Below, piece after piece: positions 59,476 through 64,000 of a stretch of 64,000 nucleotides of DNA (its first letter is position 1; each line of letters opens with the position of its first letter). Source of the DNA: Candidatus Woesearchaeota archaeon (GTDB taxonomy: Archaea > Nanobdellota > Nanobdellia > Woesearchaeales > UBA9642); the NCBI GenBank assembly GCA_038884715.1, contig JAWABG010000001.1, forward strand, positions 38,287 to 102,286. Direction: 5' to 3'. Made by a program: the position numbers and the translations under genes. Below the pieces are notes generated by a model. It did no database searches. It was not told where the DNA came from and saw only the letters and a list, made by a program, of their open reading frames with translations.

Positions 59476-62400
59476 TCACTTTTTGAGTTCTTCTTCTCCA
59501 AACCATTTACCCAACCCTTCTTGCCTTTCAGGATCCTTCCCAAAATAGCTCTCAACCATTCTCTTTGTTAGTTCAAGACTTTGCTGTAAATAAACAGGAA
59601 CATTAAACTCTTTAGCAATACTTAGACTCGGCTCGAGATACTTTAGTATTGAGCCCTCTGTAATTGTAAAAATTATTCTTCCTTTACACTTGAGACAATT
59701 ACCGGACAATGGAGGTCTGCGATATTTTTCATTACAATTAACACACCTAAATTGTTGTGTTGAAAACTTTCTGAGATTTCCTCGTATATCCCTCAAAAAA
59801 TGCTTTTCAATAACAAGTCTTGCAACATCGGTTTCATCAACACATCTTAACCTTTTAGCAAGATCCATCTGCCCTTTTAATTTTTCTTCCATAGTTGGTA
59901 ATAATTTATATTGAGAACAGAGAACTCCTTGATTAATATCTTCCGTTTCATGTGTATATCCGTATCCTTCAAACTGTTCAGGAGTATTCAAAACATCTGC
60001 CAATAACTTAATATTTACCTCCCATGGCATTTTTCCCACCTCACAAGCCTTATAAAATTCAAGAGTGTACTTCCATGCAATATCAACATGAAAAGCCATA
60101 TCATCTACTTCAGTAGGATTTAATAAATAAGTTAAAACAAGGGGTGCATCCATTGTTGCACCACGAGAATTTGGCAAATAGTGCTTTGAAAAATTTAATA
60201 GAGCGTCCATCAATAAAAGCACACAACTCTCATCACCATCAGCATCTCGTCTCATAGCCGCGTGGAATATTGGCTGAGCATAAAATCCTTGGGTTTTGCT
60301 AAAACCAATTATCCTACCAACAATACCTGCAGATGTATGTGGTGCGAGCCCAACAATAAGATGTCCTATAAGATCCTCTTTTGTTTTAATATTATAAAAT
60401 GGTTTTGATTTATATAATGAAACAAGCAAGTCATCAATAAATTTTGTTGTTCTAAAAAGCACAACATCGCAAGGTTCATCAGGAGATTCAACACACGCAG
60501 GAAGAATTACATCTTGTGGTTTTAATTCGAGTATCTGATCATTATCATCTAAATTATTTCCATTAATGTCCTTTGTATATCCTAATTTCTTTAATTTTTC
60601 AATAGAAACACCTATTTCTTTTGGCTTAAAATGAGTTATTACTAATTCTGAGGCATCATATCTTGTTGTTCCATCTTTATTAACATAAATATCATACTTT
60701 GCACGAAGAAATCCTTTTAATAAATGCTCTGGTATGTGTTCTTTGTTACTTGTCCCTCTAACTCCTTTTATTAAATCAGGAAAAATTGTTGTTTCAGTGT
60801 TCTTAAGAATTGCATCAAAGTACTCTCTAATATTAATTTGCTCATTTCTTACTTGATTTTGTTGAAGAGGAATTGCTTTTGAATCACAAAAAGGACACCT
60901 CCTGAAAACAACTTCTTTATTACATTTTTCACATTTAAAGATAGAAAAATCAGCAATTATGTTTCCTTTTTCGAGGGTTGATTGAAAGCTCCTCATCTTT
61001 CCTCCTTCTTCACCAACAGGAAACAAGACATGCGGGCTTCCAGTCATCTTTCTCATCTTTGCTTTTTCAGGTCTTCCCATCCTTGAACCAATGAATATTC
61101 CACATTTATCCTTAATTTTTACATTTGAAATTAAATTTATAATTGATAAAGTATCTTCTAAACCCGACTTCTCCAGCTTATGTAATGATATTTCAATATC
61201 TCTTGTGTTATCTATATCAATTCCTAATGATTCCAATAAAGCAATTGTATTATTTTTGTTAATCACCACAAAAGTATTGTTAACAAAAGAATGTTCTATT
61301 CCTAAAAGCTCAAGAGTTCTTTTAACGTCCTTATTTCTTTCTGTAATTTCAAGCGTTGATTTTTCTAATACATCTCTTGTTTTTATTATATTAAAATTTG
61401 GAAGTTCCATCAACAATTCAATAAGATTACTTTTTGATATGCTTTTCCAGAAAAAAGTATACAAAGGATGAAGAGGAATATTTAATTTTTTTGAGATCTC
61501 TAATGCGGCATCAACCGATAATTTGGTTTTAATTGGGTTTTTAATTAAGAGTTCTATTTTTTCAGTTTGTATATTTAGATATTCTGATGCCTTTATATAA
61601 TCTAGAGAACCAAACATTTCAATAAGTGCTTTTTCGAACTCTAACACCCACCATTCTTGACAGTATCCTGGACTCACCAAAGGGTGTGCTCTATCAAAGA
61701 AATCACCGTAATTGATCAATATATCACCGAGATAAATTATTTCTTGAATATCCTCTTTGTATTTTTTTGCAAGAGCTTCTGTTTCTAAAAAATAAACACT
61801 ACCGTCTTTTAATTTTACAATTGGTCCATCAATTGAATCACACACACTTATTGCTGTAGCCTTTCCAGGCCTCTCAACTTTTAGCTGGGTGGCACTGGCA
61901 ATAAAATTATTCAGAATGTGCATTGTTGCAGGGTGAATTGATTGTGAACTGTAACCACTCACTCTTGATCTTCCAAACCTTAATCTAAAGGCACCATTAC
62001 GCAATGGATGGCCAAGAACAGGTCTTCCTGCAACCAAATCATGAATGTATGTAAAGTCAGGAGTGATTCCTTTTGCAACTTCTTTTTTCAGCTTTGCCTT
62101 TGCACTTTTCTGAATTTTAAGAAACTCTTCTAGAAAATTCCAATGATCTAATTGAAATTCTTTTCCCCATTTTTGAATTTGTTTCCAAAGTTTTGGAGCT
62201 TTTAAAGGAATACATGAACTGTGTATCAAACAATAACCGCTCCTAAGAAAATTTGTTGGCACTCTAGGTAAATCCTTATAGTTGCTAACAGTGTATTTTT
62301 CTGAAGGCTCTCCTGAAATTTCAACCGGCAAATTTTTAACTAAAAACTCAGTTTCCTTTTCACTTGGAAAATATTGAAGATTTGTTACAAACTCATGATA

Positions 62401-62994
62401 GTCTTCAAGCTCTCTATAACACCTTTTAATTTCTTGCTCATTAGGATCGTAAACACCATAGCCAAAAATTTTTCTCAAGTAATCTCCAATTATTACACAA
62501 ACACTTGCAGCTGTTCCTCCAGCATTTCTTATTGGACCCGCAAAATTTAGACAAAAATATTGTCCCTGACCATCTAGCCTATTCTTAATCTCAAGACTTG
62601 TAAATCCCTCTAATGGACTTGAAACAACACCAACAGTCACATATGCAAATCCTGTTCGGATACCGACTTCTATTGCTTCTTTTTGGTCTTTAAATTTTAC
62701 AAATTTTTCCTTAGCAATTTCTTCTGCAATTTTTAATGCGACTCTCCAATCAAGTATTCCATACTCTGCTTCTAATTCCATAATCCTTTTTACTGCAGTG
62801 CTTTCCTTTAATTGGGGGGCAACAACACTTATCAAACCAATAACTCTTTCTGCCATATTTTTTGCAAGAGTTATTTCTACATTATCCTCAGGATCATAAC
62901 CTTTTTTTCTTAATTCATTTGCTATCTCAAATATCTTCAAAGAGTCCTTCTCAATATTATTAAAATATTGTTGCATCTCCTTTGAACATTCCAT
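59476..62994 (-). CDS. dp2: DNA polymerase II (PolD) large subunit DP2.
   Basis: 1172 aa. N-terminal MECSKEMQQYFNNIEKDSLKIFEIANELRKKGYDPED. Internal zinc fingers CEKCNKEVVFRRCPFCD and CVNCNEKYRRPPLSGNCLKCKG. Length is consistent with no intein. Its start overlaps the DP1 stop (TAATG). Confidence 0.95.
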   Translation of the reverse strand: MECSKEMQQYFNNIEKDSLKIFEIANELRKKGYDPEDNVEITLAKNMAERVIGLISVVAPQLKESTAVKRIMELEAEYGILDWRVALKIAEEIAKEKFVKFKDQKEAIEVGIRTGFAYVTVGVVSSPLEGFTSLEIKNRLDGQGQYFCLNFAGPIRNAGGTAASVCVIIGDYLRKIFGYGVYDPNEQEIKRCYRELEDYHEFVTNLQYFPSEKETEFLVKNLPVEISGEPSEKYTVSNYKDLPRVPTNFLRSGYCLIHSSCIPLKAPKLWKQIQKWGKEFQLDHWNFLEEFLKIQKSAKAKLKKEVAKGITPDFTYIHDLVAGRPVLGHPLRNGAFRLRFGRSRVSGYSSQSIHPATMHILNNFIASATQLKVERPGKATAISVCDSIDGPIVKLKDGSVYFLETEALAKKYKEDIQEIIYLGDILINYGDFFDRAHPLVSPGYCQEWWVLEFEKALIEMFGSLDYIKASEYLNIQTEKIELLIKNPIKTKLSVDAALEISKKLNIPLHPLYTFFWKSISKSNLIELLMELPNFNIIKTRDVLEKSTLEITERNKDVKRTLELLGIEHSFVNNTFVVINKNNTIALLESLGIDIDNTRDIEISLHKLEKSGLEDTLSIINLISNVKIKDKCGIFIGSRMGRPEKAKMRKMTGSPHVLFPVGEEGGKMRSFQSTLEKGNIIADFSIFKCEKCNKEVVFRRCPFCDSKAIPLQQNQVRNEQINIREYFDAILKNTETTIFPDLIKGVRGTSNKEHIPEHLLKGFLRAKYDIYVNKDGTTRYDASELVITHFKPKEIGVSIEKLKKLGYTKDINGNNLDDNDQILELKPQDVILPACVESPDEPCDVVLFRTTKFIDDLLVSLYKSKPFYNIKTKEDLIGHLIVGLAPHTSAGIVGRIIGFSKTQGFYAQPIFHAAMRRDADGDESCVLLLMDALLNFSKHYLPNSRGATMDAPLVLTYLLNPTEVDDMAFHVDIAWKYTLEFYKACEVGKMPWEVNIKLLADVLNTPEQFEGYGYTHETEDINQGVLCSQYKLLPTMEEKLKGQMDLAKRLRCVDETDVARLVIEKHFLRDIRGNLRKFSTQQFRCVNCNEKYRRPPLSGNCLKCKGRIIFTITEGSILKYLEPSLSIAKEFNVPVYLQQSLELTKRMVESYFGKDPERQEGLGKWFGEEELKK

Positions 62995-64000
62995 TAGACT
63001 TCAACCCTTGTTTTGGATTCTTCAGTAAAATAATTTTCAATTTCTTGTTTAGACTCTTTTTTTCTTGAAAAATTCATAATTTTTACATCTCTTGTTTGAA
63101 GATTAATTATTGGAACCCGTGCAGGCTCGGGCTCGAGTCCACGTTTAATCTGATTTTCACTAATATCAACCCAGCAAGATGCATTGATGAGTGTAGTATT
63201 TTTATAATTGCTTACAGAACTCCTGTGAATATGACCTGTTATAAGAAAATCGGGCACGGTTTCTATAACAAGCGGATCTCTTTTTGGATCAGGAACATAA
63301 AGACTAGCTTCGTGAGTAGGAGAAAGATGACGTTTCTGTAATAAATATTTCATTAGAAGATCAGGTCTTTTCTGACCCCCTTTTGTACGAATGCTATCAA
63401 TGTTTTCTGAATAATAAATAAGAGAACTACCATGATAAATTAATATATCAAAACCAGGAAAATCTTTTGTTTTCTCAATATTTATCAATGCAGGATTACT
63501 TAAAATATGAACATTAGGCATATTCCAAAGAGTTTCTGCAAAATCTTTATAAAGAGGAGGTTGGGGTTCTGCTAATCGCCCAGCATCATGATTTCCTGGA
63601 CACACAATTATTTCCTTATCAGATGGAATATTAGAAAGCAAACTTGCTAAATATGAATATTGCTCCTTAATATCTTTTATTAATAGCTCTTCTTCTTGAC
63701 CAGGATAAACACCCACACCCTCTATTAAATCACCCGGAATAAGAATATATTTTGTTTTTTTAGCAATTTCTCTCTGCACATCATTACCTATTTTTCCCTG
63801 AATCCATAACAAAAACCTATGAAACTCTTTTTCCAAAAACTTGTCAGACCCAACCTGGGGATCTCCCAATACAATAAGAAATTTTTCCTCACTGAGTTTT
63901 TTGTATTCCCTATCTGCAGGCACATCAGGAAAATACAAATTATTCACAAACAAAATTTTGTTACTGAACATATTAGAATTACCACTCAAAGAACCAGTAA
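62994..64000 (-). CDS. dp1: DNA polymerase II (PolD) small subunit DP1 (Mre11-like phosphoesterase domain), partial. The N-terminus lies beyond the window end.
   Basis: Calcineurin-like PDE motifs LIVLGDPQVG, ILIPGDLIEG, VCPGNHDAG and GHIHRSS. The reading frame stays open to position 64000. The ORF-track start at 63989 is a TTG in an open frame. Confidence 0.9.
   Translation of the reverse strand, partial: TGSLSGNSNMFSNKILFVNNLYFPDVPADREYKKLSEEKFLIVLGDPQVGSDKFLEKEFHRFLLWIQGKIGNDVQREIAKKTKYILIPGDLIEGVGVYPGQEEELLIKDIKEQYSYLASLLSNIPSDKEIIVCPGNHDAGRLAEPQPPLYKDFAETLWNMPNVHILSNPALINIEKTKDFPGFDILIYHGSSLIYYSENIDSIRTKGGQKRPDLLMKYLLQKRHLSPTHEASLYVPDPKRDPLVIETVPDFLITGHIHRSSVSNYKNTTLINASCWVDISENQIKRGLEPEPARVPIINLQTRDVKIMNFSRKKESKQEIENYFTEESKTRVEV

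Noticed and set aside
59476-62994. Intein in PolD DP2.
   Set aside because: At 1172 aa the length is in the normal intein-free range. No intein block motifs or homing-endonuclease signature were noticed.

Overview
This is an AT-rich archaeal window. PolD (DP1/DP2), L14e/L34e/L19e/L32e/S4e, aIF2-beta, SUI1 and Rpp29 are present, and adk/cmk are missing next to secY. Together these suggest a reduced-genome, DPANN-like archaeon; that lineage call is inference only. No search tools were run, so every call rests on by-eye motif and domain recognition, operon context and strandedness.

The window has two very different halves.

The right half (about 35.1-64.0 kb) is conserved core, almost entirely on the minus strand.
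- It carries a complete archaeal ribosomal-protein superoperon: L3-L4-L23-L2-S19-L22-S3-L29-SUI1-Rpp29-S17-L14-L24-S4e-L5-S14-S8-L6-L32e-L19e-L18-S5-L30-L15-SecY, then a DUF106/YidC-like gene, L34e and L14e.
- The remaining core genes are a PriS-type primase with a C-terminal extension, a flavin-reductase-like protein, a Toprim mini-protein, HtpX plus LemA, a polytopic membrane protein, aIF2-beta, a DUF424-like ORF, PolD DP2 and a partial DP1.

The left half (1-35 kb) is an accessory surface/secretome island with all genes on the minus strand.
- A subtilisin-like S8 protease carries cadherin-like repeats and a canonical C-terminal dockerin.
- A 1019-aa membrane-anchored protein alternates at least 7 dockerin-like modules with 9 Myxococcus-type cysteine-rich repeats.
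- An RPA gene sits between these and the rest of the island.
- About 20 co-directional genes follow, nearly all with class III (type IV pilin-like) signal peptides. They include a CARDB-domain protein, a GH23/SLT-type lytic transglycosylase with all three family motifs, and an M15 (VanY-like) zinc peptidase with SxHxxGxAxD and EWWH motifs.
- Three paralogous 80-aa mini-pilins in this run end in a six-cysteine beta-defensin-like framework.
- Three giant Cys-rich surface proteins are also present; one is a receptor-like single-pass protein with TSP3-type calcium-binding repeats.

No tRNA, rRNA or CRISPR array was found.
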